A program made the translations under genes and the position numbers. A DNA stretch of 64,000 bases from Rhizobacter sp. (GTDB lineage Bacteria; Pseudomonadota; Gammaproteobacteria; Burkholderiales; Burkholderiaceae_C), in the NCBI GenBank assembly GCA_046598195.1, contig JBKJJF010000175.1, positions 19,783-83,782 of the forward strand, given 5' to 3'. This document shows positions 54,750-64,000 of this stretch, one piece after another (position 1 is the first letter of the stretch; each line of letters opens with the position of its first letter). The notes beneath the pieces are model-generated. The model did not search any database. It had not been told where the DNA came from and saw only the letters and a list, made by a program, of their open reading frames with translations.

Positions 54750-54992
54750 TCAGACGTCCAGAGTGAAGATGCGTGCGGCCAGCCGCTGGGGCTCGCCGTG
54801 GCCTGCCAACACACGCGACCAGGTGGCATCATTTCCGCTGCGCTGCGGCATGAGGCCTTGGGTCATCACGGCGACTTCTTCCGAAGCCGCATCGATGTCG
54901 TTCACCTCAGCGTAGAGGCCGTCGTAGAGCTTGGCCAGCATCGCGCCATCGGACTCGATCAAAACCAGGTATTTCACCGGCGTCTTGTGCAT
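54750..54992 (-). CDS. Hypothetical protein (80 aa)
   Basis: Fills the gap between purL and the monooxygenase on the same strand; GGAG RBS. Confidence 0.6.
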   Translation of the reverse strand: MHKTPVKYLVLIESDGAMLAKLYDGLYAEVNDIDAASEEVAVMTQGLMPQRSGNDATWSRVLAGHGEPQRLAARIFTLDV

Positions 54993-55013
54993 GGGGGTCT
55001 CCGTTCTTCTTGT

Positions 55014-58000
55014 TCAGTCAGCCCAGCGGCGTGCGTTGCGGAACATCTGCATCCACGGGCTGGGCTCGCTCTTGTCACCCGAGGTCCAGCTCATCAGCAC
55101 ATTGCGGAACACCCGCTCGGGGTGAGGCATCAGCACGGTGAAGCGGCCGTCGGGCGTGGTGACCGAGGTGAGGCCATCGGGGCTGCCATTCGGGTTGAAC
55201 GGGTAGGCCTCGGTGGGTGCGCCGGTGTTGTCGACGAAGCGCATCGCGCGGTGCACGGCCCTTGCGTCGCCTCTTTGCGAAAAGTCGGCAAAACCTTCGC
55301 CATGCGCCACCGCGATCGGCAGGCGGCTGCCGGCCATGCCCTTGAAGAAGATCGATGGGCTCTCCAGCACTTCGACCAAACTCAGGCGGGCCTCGAACTG
55401 CTCGCTCTTGTTGCGCGTGAACTTGGGCCAGGCCTGTGCGCCGGGAATGATGGGCGACAGCGCGGCCAACATCTGGCAGCCGTTGCACACACCCAGGGCA
55501 AAGGTGTCTTGGCGCTGGAAGAAGGCGGCAAACTGCTCGGCCAGCACCGGGTTAAACATCACCGAGCGCGCCCAGCCTTCGCCGGCTCCCAGCGTGTCGC
55601 CGTAGCTGAAGCCACCGCAGGCGATGAAGCCCTGGAATTGGTCGAGCCGCGCGCGGCCGGTCTGCAGGTCGCTCATGTGCACGTCGAAGGTGTCGAAGCC
55701 GGCCTGGTGCATCGAGTAGCTCATCTCGACGTGGCTGTTGACACCTTGTTCGCGCAAGATGGCCAGCTTGGGCCGCGTGGTCTTGATCGCAGGCGCTTCG
55801 GGCTTGAAGCTGAGGTGCACGTGCAGGCCCGGGTCTTCCGGCCGGCCCGCCGCCTCGTGCTCGGCATTGGCGCAGAGCGGGTTGTCGCGCAGCTGGGCAA
55901 TGCGCCAACTCACGTCGTCCCAGGCCTGGTGCAGGTCACAAAGCGGCGCGCTGAAGATGGCCTTGGCGTCACGCCAGATTTCCACCACGCCCTTGTCATT
56001 CGGCTTGCCAATGAAGTGGCTGTGTTTGCTGAGGCCGTGTTTGCGCAGGGTTTGCATCACCTCGTTGCGCACCGCGGTGGGCACCTGGATCACGGCACCC
56101 AGCTCCTCGCTGAAGAGCGCGCGCAGGCTCAGCTCGGCACGGCGTGCGCTGACCTGGCCAGCCCAGTTTTTTGCGTCGCCGAAATCGGCGCGGCTGTCGC
56201 TCAGCCCATCGCCTTCGGTGACCAGCATGTCGATGTTGAGACTCACGCCCAAGTGGCCGGCGAAGGCCATCTCGGTCACAGCCGCCCAAAGGCCGCCATC
56301 GCTGCGGTCGTGGTACGCCAGCAGCTTGTTCTCGCTGCGCAGCTGGTTGATGGCGTTGACGAGCGCCTTCAGTTGCTGCGGGTCGTCGAGGTCGGGCACT
56401 TCGTCGCCAAACTGGTTCAGCACCTGGGCCAGCATCGAGCCGGCCATGCGGTTCTTGCCGTTGCCGAGGTCGATCAGGACCAGCGTGGTGTCGCCGGGCT
56501 GCAGCTGCGGCGTGAGCGTGGAGCGCACATCAGCCAGGGTGACAAAGGCGGTGACGATCAGGCTCACCGGCGCGGTGACTTGTTTGGCCGCTCTGGCGTC
56601 ACCCTCGCCGTCGCTCCAGCGCGTGCGCATCGAGAGGCTGTCTTTGCCCACGGGCACGCTGATGCCCAGCGCGGGGCACAGCTCCATGCCCACGGCCTTC
56701 ACCGTGTCGTAGAGCGCCGCATCTTCGCCGGGCTCGCCACACGCAGCCATCCAGTTGCAGCTCAGCTTGACGCGGGGCAGCTCAAACGGCGCCGCCAGCA
56801 AATTGGTGATGGCCTCACCAACCGCCATGCGGCCCGAAGCCGGCGCGTCCAGTGCGGCCAAGGGCGTGCGCTCGCCCATGCTCATGGCCTCACCCCGGAA
56901 GCCGCTGTAGTCGGCCAAGGTCACCGCCACATCGGCCACGGGCACTTGCCACGGGCCGACCATCTGGTCACGGTGGTTGAGACCGCCCACCGTGCGGTCG
57001 CCGATGGTCACGAGAAAACGCTTGCTGGCCACCGTCGGATGGCGCAGCACGTCGAACGCCACCTTGTCGAGCGACACATCGTTGAGGTTGAGCGCGGCGA
57101 ACTGGCGCGAAACACGTTTCACGTCGCGGTGCATCTTGGGTGGCTTGCCGAGCAGCACGTCCATCGGCATGTCGATTACAAGACCCGTTCGCCCTGAGCT
57201 TGTCGAAGGGTCGGCAGAACCCGGTTGATCGAGCGTCAGCTGCTTCTCATCGGTGGCCACACCCACGATGGCAAACGGGCAACGCTCGCGCACACACATG
57301 GCTTCGAACAGCGGCAGCGCATCGGCGCGCACCGCCATCACGTAGCGCTCCTGGCTTTCGTTGCACCAGATTTCCTTGGGCGCCAGGCCGCTTTCTTCCA
57401 GCGGCACCTTGGAGAGATCAAAACGCGCACCGCGACCCGCGCCGTCCACCAACTCGGGGAAGGCGTTGGAGATGCCACCCGCCCCCACGTCGTGGATGGC
57501 CAGGATGGGGTTCACTTCACCGAGTGCCCAGCAGTGGTTGATGACCTCTTGTGCACGGCGCTGAATCTCGGGGTTGCCGCGTTGCACCGAGTCGAAGTCG
57601 AGCGAAGCCGCGTTGGCGCCCGCCGCCATCGAGCTGGCCGCGCTGCCGCCCATACCGATGCGCATGCCGGGGCCACCGAGCTGGATCAGCAGCGTGCCGG
57701 CCGGGAACTCGATCTTCTTCGTCTGCGAATCGGAGATCGAGCCCAGGCCACCGGCGATCATGATGGGCTTGTGGTACCCACGGCGCAACGCGTTGGCGTC
57801 AGCACCCACGGTCTGCTCGTACACCCGGAAGTAGCCGCCCAGGTTGGGCCGGCCAAATTCGTTGTTGAAGGCGGCGCCACCCAGGGGCCCCTCGGTCATG
57901 ATCTGCAAAGGGCTCGCAATGTGCTCGGGCTTGCCGTATGGCGCTTGTTCCCAAGGTTCATTGGTGCCGGGCAAGTGCAGGTTGGACACGCTGAAACCCG

Positions 58001-59039
58001 TCAACCCTGCCTTGGGCTTGGAGCCCCGGCCGGTGGCGCCTTCGTCGCGAATCTCACCCCCCGCGCCCGTGGAGGCGCCGGGAAACGGCGAAATGGCGGT
58101 GGGGTGGTTGTGCGTCTCCACCTTCATCAGCACGTGTACCGTCTCGTGGCGCGCGCCGTACAACGGCGCGTTGGTGTAACCCTGCGGCAGCCAGCGCTCG
58201 GTCGGGCCACCTTCCATCACCGAGGCGTTGTCGCTGTAGGCAATCACCGTGTGCTGCGGCGCCAGCTGATGCGTGTTACGGATCATGCCGAACATCGACT
58301 TGTCTTGCGCCACCCCGTCGATGGTGAACTGCGCATTGAAGATCTTGTGGCGGCAGTGTTCGCTGTTGGCCTGCGCGAACATCATCAGCTCCACATCGGT
58401 CGGGTTGCGCTTCAGCGCCGTGAAGGCGTTGACAAGGTAGTCGATCTCGTCGTCGCTCAAGGCGAGGCCAAACTCGCTGTTGGCCGACTCCAGCGCGCCG
58501 CGGCCCTGACCCAGCACCTCCACATGCGCCATCGGCTTGCCGGGTTGTTCATCGAACAGGTGGGCGGCGTCTTCGCGCGCCAGCAGCACGCTCTCGGTCA
58601 TGCGGTCGTGCAGCAGCGCGGCAGCGGCTTGCAGCTCTTCGGCGCTCAATGCCTTGGCGCCGCCCAGCAGGCCGCTCTTCAGCCTCAGACGGAACTCGGT
58701 GACACGCTCCACCCGCTTGATCGCCAGCCCGCAGTTGTGGGCGATGTCGGTCGCCTTGGAGGCCCAGGGCGACACCGTGCCCAGACGCGGCGCCACCACG
58801 ATCAGCGCACCCTCGGCCGAGCCGGTGTAAGCGTCGCCGTAGTGCAGCAGGGCCTGCACCTTGTCGACCGCCTCCCGGGCCAGGGCCGTTTCGCTCCAGA
58901 CCCAGTGCACATGCCGTGCAGACACGCCGGTGATGCGGGGGCTCACCGCCTGGAGCCGCGGCAGCAAGGCCTGGGCGCGGAAGGCGGACAAGGCGTTGCC
59001 GCCCTCGAAGTTCAGCAGATGCTTGGAGGTGGAAGTCAC
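55014..59039 (-). CDS. purL: Phosphoribosylformylglycinamidine synthase (large type)
   Basis: [42 protein letters not shown]. Confidence 0.98.
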   Translation of the reverse strand: MTSTSKHLLNFEGGNALSAFRAQALLPRLQAVSPRITGVSARHVHWVWSETALAREAVDKVQALLHYGDAYTGSAEGALIVVAPRLGTVSPWASKATDIAHNCGLAIKRVERVTEFRLRLKSGLLGGAKALSAEELQAAAALLHDRMTESVLLAREDAAHLFDEQPGKPMAHVEVLGQGRGALESANSEFGLALSDDEIDYLVNAFTALKRNPTDVELMMFAQANSEHCRHKIFNAQFTIDGVAQDKSMFGMIRNTHQLAPQHTVIAYSDNASVMEGGPTERWLPQGYTNAPLYGARHETVHVLMKVETHNHPTAISPFPGASTGAGGEIRDEGATGRGSKPKAGLTGFSVSNLHLPGTNEPWEQAPYGKPEHIASPLQIMTEGPLGGAAFNNEFGRPNLGGYFRVYEQTVGADANALRRGYHKPIMIAGGLGSISDSQTKKIEFPAGTLLIQLGGPGMRIGMGGSAASSMAAGANAASLDFDSVQRGNPEIQRRAQEVINHCWALGEVNPILAIHDVGAGGISNAFPELVDGAGRGARFDLSKVPLEESGLAPKEIWCNESQERYVMAVRADALPLFEAMCVRERCPFAIVGVATDEKQLTLDQPGSADPSTSSGRTGLVIDMPMDVLLGKPPKMHRDVKRVSRQFAALNLNDVSLDKVAFDVLRHPTVASKRFLVTIGDRTVGGLNHRDQMVGPWQVPVADVAVTLADYSGFRGEAMSMGERTPLAALDAPASGRMAVGEAITNLLAAPFELPRVKLSCNWMAACGEPGEDAALYDTVKAVGMELCPALGISVPVGKDSLSMRTRWSDGEGDARAAKQVTAPVSLIVTAFVTLADVRSTLTPQLQPGDTTLVLIDLGNGKNRMAGSMLAQVLNQFGDEVPDLDDPQQLKALVNAINQLRSENKLLAYHDRSDGGLWAAVTEMAFAGHLGVSLNIDMLVTEGDGLSDSRADFGDAKNWAGQVSARRAELSLRALFSEELGAVIQVPTAVRNEVMQTLRKHGLSKHSHFIGKPNDKGVVEIWRDAKAIFSAPLCDLHQAWDDVSWRIAQLRDNPLCANAEHEAAGRPEDPGLHVHLSFKPEAPAIKTTRPKLAILREQGVNSHVEMSYSMHQAGFDTFDVHMSDLQTGRARLDQFQGFIACGGFSYGDTLGAGEGWARSVMFNPVLAEQFAAFFQRQDTFALGVCNGCQMLAALSPIIPGAQAWPKFTRNKSEQFEARLSLVEVLESPSIFFKGMAGSRLPIAVAHGEGFADFSQRGDARAVHRAMRFVDNTGAPTEAYPFNPNGSPDGLTSVTTPDGRFTVLMPHPERVFRNVLMSWTSGDKSEPSPWMQMFRNARRWAD
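57184..57210. repeat. Single arm of the REP-like element, in frame inside purL
   Basis: CCCGTTCGCCCTGAGCTTGTCGAAGGG; read on the minus strand as (D)PSTSSGRT(G). Confidence 0.85.
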
Positions 59040-59140
59040 GCTGGGGGCTCGGGTGGCGGTTGGGAGTGGCCTGCCCGAGGTCTGGGGCTTGGCCGGTGGA
59101 AACCGCGCATTTTACGGGTCAGGTGACATAATTCGGGGCT

Positions 59141-59962
59141 ATGACGATCACGATCAAAACCGCCGCCGATGTTGAACGCATGCGCGTCGCCGGCCGCCTT
59201 GCCTCTGAAGTGCTGGACATGCTCACGCCGCATGTGCAGGCCGGCATCAGCACCGAAGAACTCGACCGCCTGGCCCACGAGCACATCGTGGGCGTGCAAC
59301 AGGCCATCCCCGCGCCGCTGCACTACCAGCCGCCGGGTTACACGCCTTACCCCAAATCGATCTGCACCTCGATCAACCACCAGGTGTGCCATGGCATCCC
59401 GAATGACCGGCCGCTGAAAAGCGGCGATATCGTCAACATCGACGTCACCGTCATCAAAGACGGCTGGCATGGCGACACCAGCCGCATGTTCGTCGTCGGA
59501 GAAGGCTCGATTGCCTCCAAGCGCCTGTGCAGCATGACCTATGACGCCATGTGGAAGGGCATCGTGAAAGTGAGGCCCGGTGCCCGCTTGGGCGACATCG
59601 GCCACTCGATCCAAACTTTTGCCGAAAACGCCGGCTTCGCCATCGTGCGCGAGTTCTGTGGCCATGGCATCGGCAGCAAATTCCACGAAGAGCCGCAGGT
59701 GCTGCACTATGGCCGCCCCGGCACGCTCGAAGAGCTGGTGCCGGGCATGGTGTTCACCATCGAGCCGATGATCAACGCAGGCCGCCGCGACATCCGCGAA
59801 ACCGGCGACGGCTGGACCATCGTCACCCGCGACCGTTCGCTCTCGGCGCAATGGGAACACACGGTGCTCGTCACCGAAACGGGCTACGAGGTGTTGACGC
59901 TGTCGGCCGGCAGCCCGCCGCCGCCCGCCTTCGTGACCGCGCCCGCCACCGCAACTGCCTGA
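59141..59962 (+). CDS. map: Methionine aminopeptidase type I
   Basis: SICTSIN..VCHGIP, DGWHGD, GHGIG..FHEEP, TIEPMIN, SAQWEHT. Confidence 0.97.
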   Translation: MTITIKTAADVERMRVAGRLASEVLDMLTPHVQAGISTEELDRLAHEHIVGVQQAIPAPLHYQPPGYTPYPKSICTSINHQVCHGIPNDRPLKSGDIVNIDVTVIKDGWHGDTSRMFVVGEGSIASKRLCSMTYDAMWKGIVKVRPGARLGDIGHSIQTFAENAGFAIVREFCGHGIGSKFHEEPQVLHYGRPGTLEELVPGMVFTIEPMINAGRRDIRETGDGWTIVTRDRSLSAQWEHTVLVTETGYEVLTLSAGSPPPPAFVTAPATATA

Positions 59963-59975
59963 AGAGGAGCCGCCC

Positions 59976-62615
59976 ATGGCGGTCGTGGCTGAAACCACCC
60001 GGGCGCCCGCTGGCGCGCCCCGCAGCATCAGCGAGCAGCGTGCGCAGTTCCGCGAGGGCAAGGCTGCGCTGCTGACGCACTTCCGCGGGTCGCGCGCCAC
60101 CGCGCCGGCCGCCACCCGGCTGGTGCGCGCGCTGGCCCGCCACGTTGACCAGACCCTGCTTGAGCTGTGGGAACACGCGATGATGCCGCCCGGCGCCGCC
60201 CTGGTAGCCGTGGGCGGATATGGCCGCGCCGAGTTGTACCCACACTCTGATGTGGACGTGCTGGTGCTGCTGCCGCCGGGTGACGAGCTCGCCAACGCAC
60301 GGCTGGCCGGCTCGTCCAACGACGCGCTGAAGTCGTCGGTCGAAGGTTTTATCACCGCCTGTTGGGACATCGGCCTGGAGATCGGCTCCAGCGTGCGCAC
60401 CGTCGACGAATGCACCGCCGAAAGCGCGAACGACGTGACAGTGCAAACCGCGCTACTCGAATCGCGTTACCTCTGCGGCTCCAAGCGTGTCTTCACCGCC
60501 TTCCGCCGCGCCCATGCCGCGGCCATGGACCCGAAGGCCTTTCTGGTGGCCAAGACGCTCGAGATGCGCCAGCGCCACCAAAAGTACGAAGACACGCCTT
60601 ACTCACTGGAGCCCAACTGCAAAGAGAGCCCCGGCGGCCTGCGTGACCTGCAGGTGCTGATCTGGGTGGCGCGCGCCGCCGGGCTCGGCAAGAGCTGGAC
60701 GGAGCTGGCCGCCAAGGGGCTGATCACCGCCTTTGAAGTGAAGCAGCTGCAGCGCAACGAAGGCCTGCTGCGCCTGATCCGCGCGCGGCTGCACATGGTG
60801 GCCGGGCGGCGCGAAGACCGGCTGGTGTTCGACCTGCAGACTGCCGTGGCCGAGAGCTTCGGCTACAAGGCGACCAAGGGCCAGCGTGTGTCTGAAGTGC
60901 TGATGCGGCGCTATTACTGGGCTGCCAAGGCGGTGGCGCAGCTCAACCAGATCCTGGTGCTCAACATCGAGGAGCGTGTCAACGGCTCGCAAGACGCGCC
61001 GATGCGCCCCATCGACGCGCACTTTCTTGACCGCGCCGGCATGCTCGAAGTGGTCAGCGACGACCTCTACGAGCGCGAGCCGCACGCCATCCTGGAAACC
61101 TTTCTCGTGTTCCAGAAGGAGCACGGCATCGAAGGCCTGTCGGCGCGCACGCTGCGAGCGCTCTACAACGCCCGCGAGTTGATGGACGGCGAGTTCCGCC
61201 GCGACCCCGTCAACCGCGCCACCTTCATGCAGATCCTGCACCATCCCGAGGGCCAGACACACGCCTTGCGTTTGATGAACCAGACCAGCGTGCTGGGCCG
61301 CTACCTGTGGGTGTTTCGCCGCATCGTGGGCCAGATGCAGCACGACTTGTTCCACGTCTACACCGTCGATCAACACATCTTGATGGTGCTGCGCAATGTG
61401 CGGCGTTTTTTCATTGCCGAGCATGCCCATGAGTACCCGTTCTGCTCGCAGCTCGCCTCGACCTTCGACAAGCCCTGGGTTCTCTGCGTAGCCGCCCTCT
61501 TCCATGACGTGGCCAAGGGCCGCGGCGGTGACCACTCTGACCTGGGCGCCGTGGAAGCGCGCCGTTTCTGCCGCGATCACGGCATCGACAAGGAAGACGC
61601 TGCGTTGATCGAGTTTTTGGTCAAGGGCCACCTGACCATGTCACGCATCGCCCAGAAAGAAGACCTGAGCGACCCCGACGTGATCGAGGCCTTCGCCAAG
61701 CTGGTGATCAATGAACGTCGGCTCACCGCGCTGTACCTGCTCACCGTGGCCGACATCCGCGGCACCAGCCCCAAGGTGTGGAATGCCTGGAAGGGCAAGC
61801 TGCTCGAAGACCTGTACCGCCTCACGCTGCGTGCGCTGGGTGGTGCCCGGCCCAACATGGACGCCGAGATCGAGGCCCGCAAACAGGAAGCCCGGCACAC
61901 GCTCAACCTGTATTCGCTGCTGCCGGGCACCGAGGTACCACTGTGGGCCACGCTGGAACTGAGCTACTTCGTGCGCCACGATGCGGGTGATATCGCCTGG
62001 CATGCACGCTCGCTGTTTCGTTTCGTCGAGACCAAAGAGCCGGTGGTGCGTGCGCGCCTGTCGTCACTGGGCGAAGGCTTGCAGGTGCTGGTGTACGCAC
62101 CCGACCGGCCTGACCTGTTTGCCCGCATCTGCGGCTATTTCGACAGCGCGGGCTTCAACATTCTCGACGCCAAGATCCACACCACGCGCGCCGGTTATGC
62201 GCTCGACACCTTCCAGGTGATCAGCCCGCTGATCGACCAGCACTACCGCGACCTGATCTCACTGGTAGAGACCCAGGCCACACTCGCGCTCAAGGCCGAC
62301 GGCCCGCTGCCCGAACCTTCGCGCGGGCGCCTGTCGCGGCGCGTGAAGTCGTTCCCGATCACACCACGCGTGACGCTGCGGCCCGACGAGCGTGGCCAGC
62401 GCTGGCTGCTCGGCGTGTCAACCAGTGACCGCTCGGGGCTGCTGTATTCCATCGCCCGCGTGCTGGCGCAGTACCACATCAACCTGCAGCTGGCCAAGAT
62501 CACCACGCTGGGCGAGCGGGTGGAAGACACCTTCTTGATCGACGGTTCGGCGCTGCAGCAGAACAAGTTGCAGATCGAGATCGAAACCGAGTTGCTCGGC
62601 GCGATCTCGCCCTAA
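59976..62615 (+). CDS. glnD: PII uridylyltransferase/uridylyl-removing enzyme
   Basis: [29 protein letters not shown] domain, two ACT domains; follows map. Confidence 0.97.
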   Translation: MAVVAETTRAPAGAPRSISEQRAQFREGKAALLTHFRGSRATAPAATRLVRALARHVDQTLLELWEHAMMPPGAALVAVGGYGRAELYPHSDVDVLVLLPPGDELANARLAGSSNDALKSSVEGFITACWDIGLEIGSSVRTVDECTAESANDVTVQTALLESRYLCGSKRVFTAFRRAHAAAMDPKAFLVAKTLEMRQRHQKYEDTPYSLEPNCKESPGGLRDLQVLIWVARAAGLGKSWTELAAKGLITAFEVKQLQRNEGLLRLIRARLHMVAGRREDRLVFDLQTAVAESFGYKATKGQRVSEVLMRRYYWAAKAVAQLNQILVLNIEERVNGSQDAPMRPIDAHFLDRAGMLEVVSDDLYEREPHAILETFLVFQKEHGIEGLSARTLRALYNARELMDGEFRRDPVNRATFMQILHHPEGQTHALRLMNQTSVLGRYLWVFRRIVGQMQHDLFHVYTVDQHILMVLRNVRRFFIAEHAHEYPFCSQLASTFDKPWVLCVAALFHDVAKGRGGDHSDLGAVEARRFCRDHGIDKEDAALIEFLVKGHLTMSRIAQKEDLSDPDVIEAFAKLVINERRLTALYLLTVADIRGTSPKVWNAWKGKLLEDLYRLTLRALGGARPNMDAEIEARKQEARHTLNLYSLLPGTEVPLWATLELSYFVRHDAGDIAWHARSLFRFVETKEPVVRARLSSLGEGLQVLVYAPDRPDLFARICGYFDSAGFNILDAKIHTTRAGYALDTFQVISPLIDQHYRDLISLVETQATLALKADGPLPEPSRGRLSRRVKSFPITPRVTLRPDERGQRWLLGVSTSDRSGLLYSIARVLAQYHINLQLAKITTLGERVEDTFLIDGSALQQNKLQIEIETELLGAISP

Positions 62616-62622
62616 CAATCGC

Positions 62623-64000
62623 TCACGACCGCATCAGGTGGTCAAAGGCTCCGAGCGCCGCCTTCGCCCCGTCACCGGCCGCGATGATGATCTGCTTGAA
62701 CGGCACCGTGGTCACGTCACCCGCTGCAAACACACCCGGCAAAGAGGTCTGGCCCTTGGCGTCGACCACGATCTCACCGTGGCGCGACAACTCGATGGTG
62801 CCCTTCAACCACTCGGTGTTGGGCACCAGACCGATCTGCACGAACACCCCGTCGAGCTCGACGTGGCGTGACTCACCGCTGGCGCGCTCGGTGTAGCTGA
62901 GGCCGTTGACCTTCTGCCCGTCGCCGGTAATCTCGGTGGTTTGTGCGTTGGTGTGGATCACCACATTGGGCAGGCTCTTGAGCTTGTTCACCAACACCGC
63001 ATCGGCGCGCAGCTTGTCGGCAAACTCGATCAGCGTCACCTGCGCCACCAAACCGGCGAGGTCGATCGCGGCCTCCACACCCGAGTTGCCGCCACCGATC
63101 ACCGCCACGCGCTTGCCCTTGAACAGCGGCCCGTCGCAGTGCGGGCAGTAGGCCACGCCCTTGTTCTTGTATTCCTGCTCACCCGGCACGTTGACGTTGC
63201 GCCAGCGTGCACCGGTGGAAAGAATCACTGTCTTGCTCTTGAGCGAGCCGCCGCTTGCGAACTGCACCTCAACCAGGCCACCTGGCTGCGTGGCCGCAAG
63301 CAACTTGTCGGCGCGCTGCAGGTTGATCACATCGACGTTGTAGGCCTTCACATGCTGCTCCAGCGACATGGCGAACTTGGGCCCGTCGGTCTCCAGCACC
63401 GAGATGTAGTTCTCGATGGCGAGCGTGTCGTTCACCTGGCCACCGAAGCGCTCGGCTGCCACACCGGTGCGGATGCCCTTGCGAGCGGCGTACACGGCAG
63501 CCGCCGCGCCGGCCGGGCCCCCGCCCACCACCAGCACGTCATACGGCGCGCGGGCGTCAAGCTTGGCGGCTTCGCGCTCGCCCGATTTGGTGTCGAGCTT
63601 GGCCACGATCTCTTCGGTGGTCATGCGGCCCGAGGCGAACATCTCGCCATTCAGGTACACCGCCGGCACCGCCATGATCTGGCGTGCTTCCACTTCCTGC
63701 TGGAAGAGACCACCGTCAACGACGGTAACCCGCACCTTCGGGTTGAGCACGGCCATCAGGCTCAGCGCCTGCACCACGTCCGGGCAGTTGTGGCAGGTGA
63801 GTGACATGTAGACCTCGAAGCGGTAGTCGCCGTCAAGGCCCTTGATCTGCTCGATCACCTCGGGCTCGGCCTTGGGCGGGTGGCCACCGACCCACAGCAG
63901 GGCCAGCACGAGCGAGGTGAACTCATGGCCGAGCGGGATCGCAGCGAAACGCAGGCCCATATCGGCGCCGATGCGGTTCAAGGCGAACGACGGCGTGCGT
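62623..64000 (-). CDS. ahpF: Alkyl hydroperoxide reductase subunit F (5' end outside window)
   Basis: [45 protein letters not shown]. Confidence 0.96.
   Translation of the reverse strand, partial: RTPSFALNRIGADMGLRFAAIPLGHEFTSLVLALLWVGGHPPKAEPEVIEQIKGLDGDYRFEVYMSLTCHNCPDVVQALSLMAVLNPKVRVTVVDGGLFQQEVEARQIMAVPAVYLNGEMFASGRMTTEEIVAKLDTKSGEREAAKLDARAPYDVLVVGGGPAGAAAAVYAARKGIRTGVAAERFGGQVNDTLAIENYISVLETDGPKFAMSLEQHVKAYNVDVINLQRADKLLAATQPGGLVEVQFASGGSLKSKTVILSTGARWRNVNVPGEQEYKNKGVAYCPHCDGPLFKGKRVAVIGGGNSGVEAAIDLAGLVAQVTLIEFADKLRADAVLVNKLKSLPNVVIHTNAQTTEITGDGQKVNGLSYTERASGESRHVELDGVFVQIGLVPNTEWLKGTIELSRHGEIVVDAKGQTSLPGVFAAGDVTTVPFKQIIIAAGDGAKAALGAFDHLMRS

Noticed and set aside
54648-59126. Long plus-strand ORFs (849 aa, 633 aa) opposite purL, and similar ones opposite carB, ETF-QO, gcvP and ppiD
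   Set aside because: Antisense shadow ORFs typical of high-GC codon bias; no recognisable motifs.

Overview
GC-rich betaproteobacterial chromosome segment (Burkholderiales-like, inferred from gene order and protein sequences), mostly core genes: rlmE (partial)/yhbY, greA-carB-carA, bfr-bfd, rlmD-rpoS-nlpD-pcm-surE, an orphan PhnD-type binding protein plus a NarL-type two-component pair, tRNA-His, ppiD, tRNA-Val, hupB, pgsA, uvrC, earP-efp, DUF3445-mnmC, rpiA, pyrD, CoA-transferase A/B, ETF-QO, queD/queE, a tandem glycine riboswitch with gcvTHP, an accessory redox/regulator block, purL, map-glnD and ahpF (partial). I saw no CRISPR array, rRNA, prophage or transposase gene. The most striking signal is a palindromic repeat family (arms CCGTTCG..CTGAGC(C/T)TGTCGAAG / CTTCGACA(G/A)GCTCAG..CGAACGG) seen in three states: free intergenic copies (38280, 44096), cargo inside a 155-bp MITE with IS1595-group-like CCTGATT ends and an 8-bp target duplication (51638-51792), and a 27-bp arm inserted in frame in purL (57184-57210). 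Also notable: an MnmC with an apparently degenerate methyltransferase domain coupled to a DUF3445 gene, a switch-like carA leader, and several clean operator palindromes. All product calls come from motif recognition and synteny; no database searches were run.
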